A stretch of DNA of 64,000 bases from Desulfatiglandales bacterium. Lineage in GTDB: Bacteria; Desulfobacterota; DSM-4660; Desulfatiglandales; Desulfatiglandaceae. The stretch is taken from contig OY759599.1 of assembly GCA_963662465.1 (NCBI GenBank), positions 7,616,001 through 7,680,000 on the forward strand, given 5' to 3'. Positions 1 to 12,751 of the stretch are shown in pieces; within the stretch, counting starts at the first letter, position 1, and every line of letters starts with the position of its first letter. The notes under the pieces are model-generated. The model was not told where the DNA came from and searched no databases. It worked only from the letters and a program-made list of their open reading frames with translations. The translations under genes and the position numbers were made by a program.

Positions 1-1
1 T

Positions 2-718
2 TTGATGGAAGCCCGGAAGACCTTTGGCGCCGGGGTTCAAACGCTTTTTTTCCCGGCGGGAAATACCATTGCGATGCCCACGGATGCCTTGTGCCATATC
101 TGCTCCCGCGCAAGGTCTCTCTTTCCCGAACTCAGGCGGATTACGGTATACGGATCCTCTCAATATATCCACGAAAAAGGCCTTGACGAGCTGGTCCGGC
201 TTAAAAATGCAGGTTTGTCGCGGATACACGTGGGTCTCGAGAGTGGCGATGATGAGGTTTTGCGAAGGATCAAAAAGGGGGTCGATTCGGCCCGGCAAGT
301 GGCGGCCGGATTGTGGACCAGGGAGGCCGGGATAGAATTGAGCCTATATGTGCTGCTGGGTATCGGCGGTCGGGAACGGACCCTGGAACATGCGCGAGAA
401 ACCTCATCCGTGCTGAACGCCGTGAATCCTGACTTCATCCGGGTGCGGACGTTCCTTCCGAAAGCGAACACCCTGATGTTGCACCAGATCAGGAAAGGGC
501 AATTCAAGTTGCTTTCTCCCCATGAAGTTCTGTGGGAACTGGCGCGGATAATTCAAAGTCTGGATGTGACCTCCAAAATTCGAAGCGACCATTATACCAA
601 TTATCTGAACGTTTCAGGGGATATGCCGAAGGATAAACATCGAATGCTCGACTTGATTCAAAAGGGTCTTAAACAGGATGAACGGCTTTTCAGACCTGCA
701 TATGTAGGAACCCAATGA
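2..718 (+). CDS. Radical SAM protein (5'-truncated by window edge)
   Basis: TIM-barrel radical-SAM-like segments (RIHVGLESGDDEVL, YVLLGIGG, SDHYTNY); the CxxxCxxC motif would lie upstream of the window. Confidence 0.75.
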   Translation: MMEARKTFGAGVQTLFFPAGNTIAMPTDALCHICSRARSLFPELRRITVYGSSQYIHEKGLDELVRLKNAGLSRIHVGLESGDDEVLRRIKKGVDSARQVAAGLWTREAGIELSLYVLLGIGGRERTLEHARETSSVLNAVNPDFIRVRTFLPKANTLMLHQIRKGQFKLLSPHEVLWELARIIQSLDVTSKIRSDHYTNYLNVSGDMPKDKHRMLDLIQKGLKQDERLFRPAYVGTQ

Positions 719-778
719 AACCCATATGATTCTTTGCGTATTGCAAATGCGTGCTTCGTTATTACAGTTCCACGGATA

Positions 779-3173
<2,395 letters not shown>

Positions 3174-3180
3174 ACGAAAT

Positions 3181-3215
3181 AGAAACCAGAGGTCAGAGGT
3201 CAGAAGTCAGAAACC
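3181..3215 (+). repeat. Intergenic heptamer tandem repeat (AGA[AG][AG][CT]C x5)
   Basis: agaaacc-agaggtc-agaggtc-agaagtc-agaaacc between guaB and guaA. Confidence 0.7.
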
Positions 3216-3234
3216 AGGTGGAAGGTAACGCACG

Positions 3235-4791
3235 ATGAATGTCGATCTTTTTACGCAGAAAATACTGATTCTTGATTTTGGTTCCCAGTATACGCAGCTC
3301 ATCGCCAGAAGGGTTCGGGAGGCCAAAGTTTATTGTGAAATTCATCCTTTCAATATGGACCTGGAGGAGATCGGAGCTTTTTCTCCCAAAGGCATTATCT
3401 TGTCTGGAGGGCCCGCCAGCATTTACGACAAGGATGCGCCCTTTGCGGACGAAGGGATTTTTAAGCTGAAGATTCCGGTATTGGGCATCTGCTACGGTAT
3501 GCAGTTTATCACCCATTTGCGGGGCGGCCTGGTGGCCCAGTCCGGTGATCGTGAATACGGGCATGCCACCATGACCATCCTGGATGACAAAGATCTGTTT
3601 CATGGGTTTGACAAGGATGAAAGCTGGACCGCCTGGATGAGCCATGGGGACCGCATTGACCGTATGCCCGAGGGATTTGAGGTCCTTGCCGGCAGTAAGA
3701 ACAGTCCCGTGGCGGCAATGGCCGATGCATCGCGGCGGTTTTTTGGCGTGCAATTCCATCCGGAGGTGGCCCATACGCCCGAAGGCCCGAAAATTCTGGC
3801 CAATTTTCTATTTCATATCTGCGGGTGCCGGCCGTCCTGGACCATGGCATCCTTTGTCCGCGAGACGGTTGCGTCCCTGCGTGAACAGCTTGGAAATGAA
3901 CGGGTGATCTGCGGGCTTTCCGGGGGTGTGGACTCCTCGGTAACCGCGGTGCTTCTTCATGAAGCCATTGGGAAAAACCTGTCATGTATCCTGGTGGACA
4001 ACGGACTTCTCCGAAAAGGGGAGGCTCGAAAAGTGGTGGAGGTATTTCAAGGGTACTACGGCATTGATTTGCATCTGGTGGAGGCGTCGGAACTTTTTCT
4101 GGGTCGTCTGAAAGGGACTACGGACCCCGAAGAAAAGCGAAAGATTATTGGTCGGGAGTTTATCCAGGTTTTTGAAAAAAAGGCGGCTGAATTGGGGTCT
4201 GCTCAATACCTGGCCCAGGGAACCCTGTATCCTGACGTCATTGAAAGTGTGTCGTTCAAAGGACCTTCCGCCACCATCAAGAGCCACCACAATGTGGGGG
4301 GGCTGCCCGATGTGATGAAACTGAAACTGGTGGAACCCCTGCGGGAACTTTTCAAGGATGAGGTGCGCGAAGTGGGTATCGAGCTGGGCCTTCCCAGAGA
4401 ACTGGTTATGCGTCAGCCCTTTCCGGGACCCGGTCTTGCCATTCGAATCCTGGGGGAGATTAACGCCGAAAGGCTTGAAATTTTGCGGGCGGCGGACGTT
4501 ATTGTGCTGGATGAAATCAAAATGGCCGGTCTTTACGAAAAGGTGTGGCAGTCTTTTGCGGTGCTGCTTCCGATCCGCACCGTCGGCGTCATGGGCGATG
4601 AGCGAACCTATGAACATGTGATTGCCGTGCGTGTTGTGGACAGCTTGGATGCCATGACCGCCGACTGGTCAAAGATTCCCTACGAGGTTATGGGTAGAAT
4701 TTCCAACCGGATTATCAACAGCGTCAAGGGGGTGAACCGGGTCGTTTACGATATCTCTTCCAAACCACCGAGTACTATCGAGTGGGAATAA
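3235..4791 (+). CDS. guaA: GMP synthase (glutamine-hydrolysing)
   Basis: [46 protein letters not shown]. Confidence 0.98.
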   Translation: MNVDLFTQKILILDFGSQYTQLIARRVREAKVYCEIHPFNMDLEEIGAFSPKGIILSGGPASIYDKDAPFADEGIFKLKIPVLGICYGMQFITHLRGGLVAQSGDREYGHATMTILDDKDLFHGFDKDESWTAWMSHGDRIDRMPEGFEVLAGSKNSPVAAMADASRRFFGVQFHPEVAHTPEGPKILANFLFHICGCRPSWTMASFVRETVASLREQLGNERVICGLSGGVDSSVTAVLLHEAIGKNLSCILVDNGLLRKGEARKVVEVFQGYYGIDLHLVEASELFLGRLKGTTDPEEKRKIIGREFIQVFEKKAAELGSAQYLAQGTLYPDVIESVSFKGPSATIKSHHNVGGLPDVMKLKLVEPLRELFKDEVREVGIELGLPRELVMRQPFPGPGLAIRILGEINAERLEILRAADVIVLDEIKMAGLYEKVWQSFAVLLPIRTVGVMGDERTYEHVIAVRVVDSLDAMTADWSKIPYEVMGRISNRIINSVKGVNRVVYDISSKPPSTIEWE

Positions 4792-4925
4792 ACAAATTTT
4801 TGATCCGTTAAAACCCCTTCAAGTCGATCTGATCAAACATGGAAGAATTTTATGCCCTATTGTGAGTAAGGACCGAACGGAACCCAAATGGGAAATGGCC
4901 GATAACTCTTGAGGGAGCAGTGTAA

Positions 4926-6362
4926 ATGAATATCAGAATTTTTCGATGGGTGTTTGTGATATCCGTTATGTTGGCAGGATTTATGACGCCGGCCCAAGGC
5001 GCCGAGATTTCAAACAGCGCCATGCAGGATGAAATCCAAGCGCTTAAACAGATGGTGCTGGAACTCCGGAAACGGATACAGCATCTTGAGGCGGGCCGGG
5101 TGGAACCCAGGGCAGCGGCGGACTTCGCTACAATGAGGCCTGTAATTTCTGAACCTGTGAAGAAGGCAACGGCTGAGGCGCCCGTCGATCCGAAAGAAAT
5201 GGGGGTTAACCCCCCGGCGCCTCTTGATATTGGGGGGCATAAGGTCAGGGTGGGTATCGCCGGCGCTATCCAGGCGGACGTGATCCATGATTTCAAGGCC
5301 TTGGGACTCAAACCCGGCGATGGCCAGGCCCGGGAGTTCATTACGGCGAATATTCCCGTGGGTGGACCCGCCGCGGACATTGCCAACCGCACCGCTTTCA
5401 GCCCCAATCAGAGTTATCTCAGCGGGTGGGCCGAGACCGACACGCCGTGGGGACCTTTCAAGGTTTATGCGGATGTGAACCTCATGGGTTCCACCACGGA
5501 ACCGGAATTTCAGATTTACAAGGCCTACGGCCAATGGGGTTGGCTCAAGGCGGGCCTGGATTATACCATTTGGATCAACCAGGCCGCCATCCCGAGTACC
5601 CTGGATTTTGAGGGCCCTAATGCGGCCCCGGAAAATCGCTTTACCCAGGCAAGCCTGAAGATTCCGCTGAGCCCGGGTTCGGAGAATCGAGAATTCTTTT
5701 TTACCGTGGGCGCGGAGGATGCCGAGGGAGACATGACCCTGCCCGCGGGCGTCGCTTCCGTGGACCAGTTTCCGGCGGTCATTGGAAAATTTTCCTACGA
5801 GCCCGATTGGGCCCATATGGAGTTGGCCGGACTCTACCGTCGCCTCAAAGCCGAGGGTACGGGCTACGACCAATCCATAGACGGTTGGGGCGTGGCCTTC
5901 AGCGGCGGCATCGATACCTGGGGGAACGATAACTTTATCTGGGGTCTTGAATATGGGGATGCCCTCGGGGCTTATATCCAGGATACGGCCGGTCTGGGAC
6001 TGGATGCGGCCCCCGTATCCCCCGCCAACGCTACCCTCAGGGCTATTTCGGCTTTCGGCGCCTGGGGCGCCTATCAGCATTGGTGGTCTAAATCCCTTCG
6101 GTCATCGGCCACCTATGGTATTGTGCGTTTGGACAGCGATTTCGACCTGTTGCCCAACCCTGCCGGTGCGGGAACCTACAAACAGACCCAATATGCATCC
6201 ATGAACCTGGTTTGGAGCCCATGGCCTCCCTTTGATGTGGGTTTGGAATACATGTTCGGTCACCGCACCGTGACCAACCCTACGGCGGTGGACGGCAGTA
6301 CCACGGGGCAGGATCACCGCGTTCAGTTCACCATGCGGTGGAATTTTGGGTGGGAGCGATGA
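4926..6362 (+). CDS. DcaP-family outer-membrane porin
   Basis: Signal peptide, N-terminal coiled coil, TLDFEGPN motif, amphipathic beta-strands, C-terminal RVQFTMRWNF. Confidence 0.75.
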   Translation: MNIRIFRWVFVISVMLAGFMTPAQGAEISNSAMQDEIQALKQMVLELRKRIQHLEAGRVEPRAAADFATMRPVISEPVKKATAEAPVDPKEMGVNPPAPLDIGGHKVRVGIAGAIQADVIHDFKALGLKPGDGQAREFITANIPVGGPAADIANRTAFSPNQSYLSGWAETDTPWGPFKVYADVNLMGSTTEPEFQIYKAYGQWGWLKAGLDYTIWINQAAIPSTLDFEGPNAAPENRFTQASLKIPLSPGSENREFFFTVGAEDAEGDMTLPAGVASVDQFPAVIGKFSYEPDWAHMELAGLYRRLKAEGTGYDQSIDGWGVAFSGGIDTWGNDNFIWGLEYGDALGAYIQDTAGLGLDAAPVSPANATLRAISAFGAWGAYQHWWSKSLRSSATYGIVRLDSDFDLLPNPAGAGTYKQTQYASMNLVWSPWPPFDVGLEYMFGHRTVTNPTAVDGSTTGQDHRVQFTMRWNFGWER

Positions 6363-6475
6363 TGGGCCAAGTTTAGGCAGTTATGCGGGTTCCCCCAAAT
6401 CCGTTATAATCAGAAAATGTCAAAAAGAAGAAGCCCCCCCTGAAGGTAAGGTAAACACGAAGACATCATTATAAC

Positions 6476-6510
6476 ACAGCGCCTGTGACGCATTGAGTTA
6501 CAGGCGCTGT
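6476..6510. terminator. Hairpin between convergent genes
   Basis: acagcgcctgtgac...gttacaggcgctgt inverted repeat. Confidence 0.5.
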
Positions 6511-6539
6511 TCATGGCTAATCTATACAGAAAAAACGGA

Positions 6540-7316
6540 TCAAGGCTGCCAATTGTCGTAAGGTTGATCAATGGGAGACATGATCTTATCAAAAGTACCG
6601 TCGGCGCGCATCTTTTCGATGGTTTCTGTAAGAAAGGCGTCTGTGACTTGCCCCTTTTCCCCTTTTGGGAGGATGATCTTGACGTCAAAGACCTTGTACA
6701 GCTCCCGGTGGATATTCTTCATCCCTTCCTTCTTGACGATGGGGTCCGAGGCGAAATCCGCAAATATAAACCCGTCGATTCTTCCCGCATTCACTTTCTT
6801 GAGGCTGCTGTCAATTCGAGTGGAACCCTTGACCGGGAAATCGAAATACTTGACATGTGCAAGATCGGTTTCGACCCGATAATCTTTCAGCTTACCTTTG
6901 TCGATGGGTTTGTTCTTGTTGGTGTAGAGTACAAAACTCACATGAAAAATCGTTTCTTTTGAATTTGCGTAATTCAATTTGGTTTCGTCGACGTTTTCAG
7001 GCTTAATGAGGGGCATGTGAAAATCTGCGTTGCCGTCCATCACATCATGCATTGATTTGTTAAAGGGGACCACCTGGATTGCGATATCCTTACCCGATGT
7101 CCGGGCTATGGCCTTAACCAGATCCACAAGAACCCCCTTATCCGTGCTTTCCGCATAAACAGGCATGTTTGCCAGGCTTGCCTTCATGTCCGCTGCTTTC
7201 ACAGGGGAAACCACGTAAACCAAGAGCATCATGGATGCAATGGTTAGGGTCACTATGGCCGGCAGTTTGTTCCAGTGGATCTGTCGGGAAATTCGTTCAC
7301 AAGTTCTCATCATCAT
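6540..7316 (-). CDS. Periplasmic solute-binding protein, family 3-like
   Basis: Signal peptide; GVLVDLVKAI, VPF, GNADF, AGRIDGFI, KMRADGTFDKI pattern. Confidence 0.8.
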   Translation of the reverse strand: MMMRTCERISRQIHWNKLPAIVTLTIASMMLLVYVVSPVKAADMKASLANMPVYAESTDKGVLVDLVKAIARTSGKDIAIQVVPFNKSMHDVMDGNADFHMPLIKPENVDETKLNYANSKETIFHVSFVLYTNKNKPIDKGKLKDYRVETDLAHVKYFDFPVKGSTRIDSSLKKVNAGRIDGFIFADFASDPIVKKEGMKNIHRELYKVFDVKIILPKGEKGQVTDAFLTETIEKMRADGTFDKIMSPIDQPYDNWQP

Positions 7317-7357
7317 CGTCCTCCTTTTTTAAATCAAGTGTTGTCAAATTCCATCCA

Positions 7358-8959
7358 TCATCCTTTTTTCACCGACGGTTTTGGCGCTGCAATGGCAACT
7401 GCAAACTCCCTCCTTTCCCTTTCCTCCGGATACGCCTCTTCCGAGAAATGTGTGTCACCGGTTTTGGCGGCGCGCCTTCCCGTTCCTCCCACAATAGCGC
7501 CAAGATTACCCACAAAGGCCTGCATTTCTTCAGCCTGAGCGTTCATTTCCTCGGAGGCGGCAGCGGATTGTTCCGCCCCGGCTGCGCTGCTCTGGGTGAC
7601 CCTTTCCATTTCCGTGACTGCCAGATTTACTTGTTCAATGCCCTGGGCCTGATCTTGAGATGCGCTTGCAATTTCTCCCACCAACACAGTGACTCTTTCG
7701 GCAATGGTACTGTTCTGATCCATCACTTCCACCATCTGGGCGTTCAGGTGGCTGGTCTCCTCAATTTTCGCACCTGAATTCTCGATGAGCTCGCTTGTGG
7801 TTTTGGCGGCTTTGGCCGCTCTCATGGCCAGGTTTCTGACTTCGTCCGCAACCACGGCGAACCCTGCTCCTGCCTCTCCAGCCCTGGCGGCCTCCACCGC
7901 TGCGTTCAGCGCCAGCAGATTGGTCTGGAAGGCAATCTCATCAATGGTCTTGATGATTTTTGCTGTTTCCCGGCTTGATTCCACGGTAGCTGCAATGGCC
8001 GTTTTCATCTTATCCATTTGCGCTTTTATTTTATTGAAATTCTCAGACGATTCCGTTGTCATGATTTGATTGACCTGAGATGCGTGTTGGGCGTTTTGCC
8101 GGGTCATGGAGGAGATCTCTTCCAAGGTTGCACTTGTTTCCTCGATGCCTGAAGCCTGTTCAGAAGCCCCTTGTGCCATGTCCTGACTGAAAGAAGAGAC
8201 TTGGGCGGAGGCGGCAGCTACCTGCTCAGCGGCTTCCCGCAATCCCTCGATGATGCGATTCAACGGATTAATGGCGATAATCCTAAGACACAGGCTGATG
8301 GTAATGACCAATGCCAGGACCACCCCGAGGGTGACGCCGACTTGACCGATCAGGGCTTTCCGGAAACTTTTATCCGCTGTTGCCTGAAAAGCCGTAATTT
8401 CTTTTTTGATCGATACTTTGCTCTTTAGAATCTCTTGATTGAGCAAGGCATCGGTGAAAAAGATGCGTACTTTCCCTACGTTTTCCTTTTCCAAAATTGA
8501 ATCTGCGCCCCACACTAGATCCTGATTTAAGTTCAAACTGTCCGGCAAGGTCTTGCCGGTCTGAATTTCCGGTGTTTTCCAGATGGCCAGGAAAGGTTTT
8601 TCTTTATTATCCACGACCCTTATGGCGCGGATAGCCGGCAGTTTCATATAAGGAGAGAGTGCCTTGGCAAGGCCGTCTTCGTCGAAATTGTAAAGAAAAT
8701 TCGAAGCGATCCCGCCACATATTTCGGCGTTCACTTTCATGCTTTCGCTCAGGTCCGCTTTTTGAGTCCCGGCCTGTTCATCAATGGCGGTTTCGACACT
8801 TCGGATATGTTCACCGATCAAGTAGTCGACCAACCCGAGCTCAAGTTTAAGAAATATGACGCTGCTGATCGATAGCAAAATGAGGACTGTCAATCCGCTG
8901 ATGACAGAAGTTCTGACGGATATTCCAAAACGCGATTGTTTTGACATTCTGTTCCCCAT
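7358..8959 (-). CDS. Methyl-accepting chemotaxis protein
   Basis: Two TM segments around a periplasmic domain; [37 protein letters not shown] hairpin. Confidence 0.95.
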   Translation of the reverse strand: MGNRMSKQSRFGISVRTSVISGLTVLILLSISSVIFLKLELGLVDYLIGEHIRSVETAIDEQAGTQKADLSESMKVNAEICGGIASNFLYNFDEDGLAKALSPYMKLPAIRAIRVVDNKEKPFLAIWKTPEIQTGKTLPDSLNLNQDLVWGADSILEKENVGKVRIFFTDALLNQEILKSKVSIKKEITAFQATADKSFRKALIGQVGVTLGVVLALVITISLCLRIIAINPLNRIIEGLREAAEQVAAASAQVSSFSQDMAQGASEQASGIEETSATLEEISSMTRQNAQHASQVNQIMTTESSENFNKIKAQMDKMKTAIAATVESSRETAKIIKTIDEIAFQTNLLALNAAVEAARAGEAGAGFAVVADEVRNLAMRAAKAAKTTSELIENSGAKIEETSHLNAQMVEVMDQNSTIAERVTVLVGEIASASQDQAQGIEQVNLAVTEMERVTQSSAAGAEQSAAASEEMNAQAEEMQAFVGNLGAIVGGTGRRAAKTGDTHFSEEAYPEERERREFAVAIAAPKPSVKKG

Positions 8960-9284
8960 GTTGCACCCTCCGGTTAGGCTTTTCCGTAATGTTTTTAAGC
9001 AAATAAGGTGAAGAGCCTCGTTGCGGACGCTGCCCCCAATTCGGCTTGTGTCTTTCCCGTCTTCGAGCCCCCCCCGCGAGGAGGCGGATTTCCAATGCTG
9101 ATTTTATGTATCGGCGATTTTCGGCAAATACTTTAGCCACAATTTTTTTGGGGTAGTCGTTATGATAACGTTTCCACACGGGGATGCAAACGTCTGTTTG
9201 TAAGCGGACCCGGAAAGTTCTTGAATGGGCGGGTCAATCCGTTCTTTGAGCATTCCATCCTGAAGGCGAAATGACGATTGGCGG

Positions 9285-9563
9285 TCAACTCCAAAAAGGT
9301 CCGGGAGAGTTCAGCCAAGTAGTCAACAGCAAAAGCCTGTGACCATTTTCCGTTTCATGCAATCTTTGGGCTTTTTTTGCAAAATCATGGGCGTTCTTGA
9401 ATTCATGGTCTTGAACGGCTTTCCGGGCTTCCCGGCGGCAAATCCGGGACATTGCCGCCAGTTGCATCAGTTTTGAAAGATCGGCGCCGCATCGGGAGCA
9501 TTCCCGGGTCGCCCGGAATTTAGCCCGACAAACCGGGCACCGAAACGGTTTTACGGGAGTCAC
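9285..9563 (-). CDS. Small double-CxxC zinc-ribbon protein with TPR-like helix
   Basis: CPVC...CSRCGADL followed by a helical segment; 1-bp overlap with the Hsp70 stop. Confidence 0.7.
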   Translation of the reverse strand: MTPVKPFRCPVCRAKFRATRECSRCGADLSKLMQLAAMSRICRREARKAVQDHEFKNAHDFAKKAQRLHETENGHRLLLLTTWLNSPGPFWS

Positions 9564-11446
9564 TATTTACCCTCCACAAAAAACAACAACTCGTTCAATT
9601 CTTTGGACGCCTCGGCCAGTCCGGCCGCATCCCCGGAAACCAGGGCCATTTCCATTTGCTCGTGCAGATCAATGGCCTCCTCCTTGTCGTCGTCATGCAT
9701 GACGTCGAGCAGTTTTCGGGAACGATCCAGCAGTTTCCTGGCCTTACTTTCCACCTGAGCATCGAGAGATCCCTCTTTTTCGGCATCCTCGGAAATCTCC
9801 GATGCTTCCGCGCTGCGGTTCACGGGAATATCGATCACGTCGCTTCCGGAAAAGTCATCATCGCCGAATGGGAAGTCGTCATCGGAAAGGGAATCAAAAT
9901 CCAGGGAGCGGGCATCAAACAGGTCCTTGAGACGATTCCTGGCCTCCTGAATCTCCGGTTCACTCTTGGGCTTCAGAGCGTTGTCAATGGTCACCTGCTT
10001 GGATTTTCCGGTTTCTTTCTCAATGGCGGTTACTTGAAGGATGCCGTCAATATCCAGGCTCATTTTGCACAGCACCAGATTAGGGTCCGGTACGGGCTTA
10101 AGCCCTTCCACCAGAAAGTGGCCCAGGGGAATATTTTTCATGGCATCAGTATCCTCTCCCTGAAAGATGTCGAACTCCACTGCTTTCTGGTAGGGGGATG
10201 CGGTATAATATTTTTCCGTGCGGGTCACCGGAAGCGCCGTATTGGACCGGATAATGGGACGGTAACAATGGGGATAGGGCATGCCGTCGCGTTCTCCAAG
10301 GTATGAAGGGCCAAAGGAGTAGGGGGTCACATCCACCAGGACCCGTTCCACATCATGTCCGGACAGCCGGGACGCGAGTACCCCGGCCCCCAAAGCAACA
10401 CACAGGTCCGGGTGTACGTCGTGGCGGGGCCTGATGCCCGCACGTTCCTCAAGTACCTGCATCACCATGGGGATGCGCGTGGAGCCGCCCACCAGGAGGA
10501 TGGCGTCCAGGTCGCCCGTCTGTTTCCCTGCATCCGCCATGGCCTTGGACACGCAATCGAGAGTGGTTTCAATGTGAGGCCGGATCATTTCCTCGAATTC
10601 TTCCCGGGAGATTTCCATTTCCAGGTGGAGGGGCGTACCATTTCGGTCGGCCAGCGCTTCTTCTCTCACCTTGACATAAGGTTCGAAACTCAACCGTTTT
10701 TTCACATCCTCGGCTGCCCGCCACAGTCGTGCCAGGGAGGCGGGAAAACCGTGCGCTAAATCAATGTTGTGCGCTTTTTGAAATTCTTCCAGAAGGCGAT
10801 TTACGAGCAACTGATCAAAATCATCCCCGCCCAGGCGGTTGTCTCCATGGCTTGACAATACTTCGGTAACATCTTGCTCAAGGGTTACAATGGACACATC
10901 AAAGGTGCCGCCCCCCAGATCATAGATCATCACCGTTCGTCTCTCATCCGAACCATAGCCGTAAGCCAGGCTGGCGGCGGTCGGTTCATTGAGGATTCGC
11001 ACCACCTCGAGGCCCGCCAGGGCGCCGGCTTCCCGGGTGGCATTTCGCTGAGCATCGGAAAAATAGGCGGGAACGGATATCACGGCTTTTTTAACGGGAA
11101 ATCCGAGCTTTTTTTGCGCCCATCCCGCCAATTCTCTCAGGATGATGGCGGAAATCTCCTGGGGGGTAAAGGTTTTGTCCCCCAGGGTCACGGTCTCTTC
11201 ACTGCCCATTTTTCGCTTGATGCTTCGAATGGTGAGTTCGGGATAGAGCAGTTGCTGATTTCTGGCGGGCACCCCCACCAGCAGTTCTCCCGAAGTGGAC
11301 AGCCCCACACAGGAGGGGAGCATTTTTGATTTTCCGGATCCGATCATCTGCACCTTGTTCTCAAAAAAGGCGCTGATCTCCGAGTTGGTGGTGCCCAGAT
11401 CAATGCCTACGATGGTTTCATGCGTGTTCAATGTTAAATCCTCCAT
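9563..11446 (-). CDS. Hsp70-family protein (non-housekeeping DnaK paralogue)
   Basis: GIDLGTTNS, VPAYF, NEPTAA, YDLGGGTFDVS, VGGSTRIP; divergent substrate-binding domain and tail. Confidence 0.95.
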   Translation of the reverse strand: MEDLTLNTHETIVGIDLGTTNSEISAFFENKVQMIGSGKSKMLPSCVGLSTSGELLVGVPARNQQLLYPELTIRSIKRKMGSEETVTLGDKTFTPQEISAIILRELAGWAQKKLGFPVKKAVISVPAYFSDAQRNATREAGALAGLEVVRILNEPTAASLAYGYGSDERRTVMIYDLGGGTFDVSIVTLEQDVTEVLSSHGDNRLGGDDFDQLLVNRLLEEFQKAHNIDLAHGFPASLARLWRAAEDVKKRLSFEPYVKVREEALADRNGTPLHLEMEISREEFEEMIRPHIETTLDCVSKAMADAGKQTGDLDAILLVGGSTRIPMVMQVLEERAGIRPRHDVHPDLCVALGAGVLASRLSGHDVERVLVDVTPYSFGPSYLGERDGMPYPHCYRPIIRSNTALPVTRTEKYYTASPYQKAVEFDIFQGEDTDAMKNIPLGHFLVEGLKPVPDPNLVLCKMSLDIDGILQVTAIEKETGKSKQVTIDNALKPKSEPEIQEARNRLKDLFDARSLDFDSLSDDDFPFGDDDFSGSDVIDIPVNRSAEASEISEDAEKEGSLDAQVESKARKLLDRSRKLLDVMHDDDKEEAIDLHEQMEMALVSGDAAGLAEASKELNELLFFVEGK

Positions 11447-11451
11447 TTCGA

Positions 11452-12309
11452 TTATTCGGCGTCTTTCGGCATGCGGGAAACCTTTACCTGAGCCGGTCGA
11501 TACACCTCGCCTCCCATGACATATCCGGTTCGATACACATCAATAACCGTGCCGTCGGGCATATCGTCCCGCTCTTCCGCGTCCACGGCGGTCATGGTTT
11601 GGGGGTCGAACAATTCTCCCCGACAGGAAATCTCGCTCAAGTCATGCTGCAACAACGTTTCATCCAGTCTCTCCAGGCCCAGTTCGTAGCCTTTTTTCAG
11701 GGATGTCGCCATCTCCAGGAATTCCTTTTGCCGTGATTTCCCTCCCCCCCTCCATTTCCCAAACCAATGGTCCTCAGGCTTTTCCTCCATTTTTTGCCGT
11801 GTTTCAATGACCGACTCCAGGCCGATGTTGAGCCGATCCCGAACATCCAGAAACAGATCCAGGAATTCGGCCCGGGAACGGGCACGGGCATCCTGTCGCA
11901 CCTGCGCTTCATGCCTGGTGAAAAGGTCTCGGGCCTGCTCCGCCAACTGTCGGGAGTCGATTACGGCCTCCCGGGTTGTGGCACTGATACCCTCAACGGC
12001 GTCCACCAGGTTCCCAAGGGGTTCGATCTTCAGGGTCAAATCCTTGAAGGCCCTTCCCTGCAATCGCACCTCCTGGGTCAGGGCCGTCATGGCGGACCAG
12101 GTGGAATATAGATCATCGTCTTCGTCCGAGGTCCTGGAAGATAATTCGCCTGTGTCTTCCAGTTCCTTCAGCAATTGCTCATCGATTCCTTCCAGGGGCG
12201 CCTCAGGTTCAAGCACCTCATCCAGCCACGCTTCAAACCGTTGCAGGATTTTCTCCCGGGCCGGGTCTTCCTGTTTATGCCTGGCCTTGAACTTCTGTAA
12301 AATATCCAT
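11452..12309 (-). CDS. grpE: GrpE-family nucleotide exchange factor (extended N-terminus)
   Basis: GELFDP...GTVIDVYRTGY...YRPAQVKV C-terminal GrpE signature after a long coiled coil. Confidence 0.85.
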   Translation of the reverse strand: MDILQKFKARHKQEDPAREKILQRFEAWLDEVLEPEAPLEGIDEQLLKELEDTGELSSRTSDEDDDLYSTWSAMTALTQEVRLQGRAFKDLTLKIEPLGNLVDAVEGISATTREAVIDSRQLAEQARDLFTRHEAQVRQDARARSRAEFLDLFLDVRDRLNIGLESVIETRQKMEEKPEDHWFGKWRGGGKSRQKEFLEMATSLKKGYELGLERLDETLLQHDLSEISCRGELFDPQTMTAVDAEERDDMPDGTVIDVYRTGYVMGGEVYRPAQVKVSRMPKDAE

Positions 12310-12318
12310 TGTTAACCC

Positions 12319-12426
12319 TTTTAGTGCCTTATCGTCTGGTTTTCTGTTACAAAAAACAAGAAAATGATGGCGCAGGAACTTAAAACCTAAAACTTAAAAC
12401 TTAAAACTGCGGCTATGCCGCGTTAG
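12319..12426. repeat. ~100-bp dispersed repeat with AACTTAA heptamers and GCGGC-N-GCCGC hairpin (copy 1)
   Basis: Aligns in inverted orientation with 55411-55511. Confidence 0.75.
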
Positions 12427-12433
12427 CGGTTCG

Positions 12434-12745
12434 TTACCGCATTATCTCAAGCCACGGTTCCGGACCCACGAATTCCCGTTTTTCTTTCAGACCGTCAAGC
12501 AGGGAAACCAACGGCGCTTTTGGATCTACACTGCTCAAAAACAGCCGCATTCGCTTTCTCGGATCCCGCAGAAGCGCATAGGCATCTCGAATTCTTTCAA
12601 ATGTTTCCGGAGCGCGATCGGGGGGATACATTTTGATCTTTTCCAGATACGCCCGGCGAATATCTTCTTCCCCCGCATCCGCCGATATTCCGAGAATTTT
12701 CCGGGGATCCCGTTCCAAACGCTCCGCATCAACCGTTGTCGTCAT
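12434..12745 (-). CDS. Small J-domain protein
   Basis: DPRKILGI...IRRAY...YPPDR...FERIRDAYALLRDP; PPD replaces the canonical HPD. Confidence 0.85.
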   Translation of the reverse strand: MTTTVDAERLERDPRKILGISADAGEEDIRRAYLEKIKMYPPDRAPETFERIRDAYALLRDPRKRMRLFLSSVDPKAPLVSLLDGLKEKREFVGPEPWLEIMR

Positions 12746-12751
12746 TTGATT

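Noticed and set aside
4770..4925. Genomic island integrated at the guaA 3' end
   Set aside because: No integrase follows and no second copy of the guaA terminus was seen
8960..9284. c-di-GMP riboswitch upstream of the MCP
   Set aside because: GEMM core motifs could not be found on the minus strand
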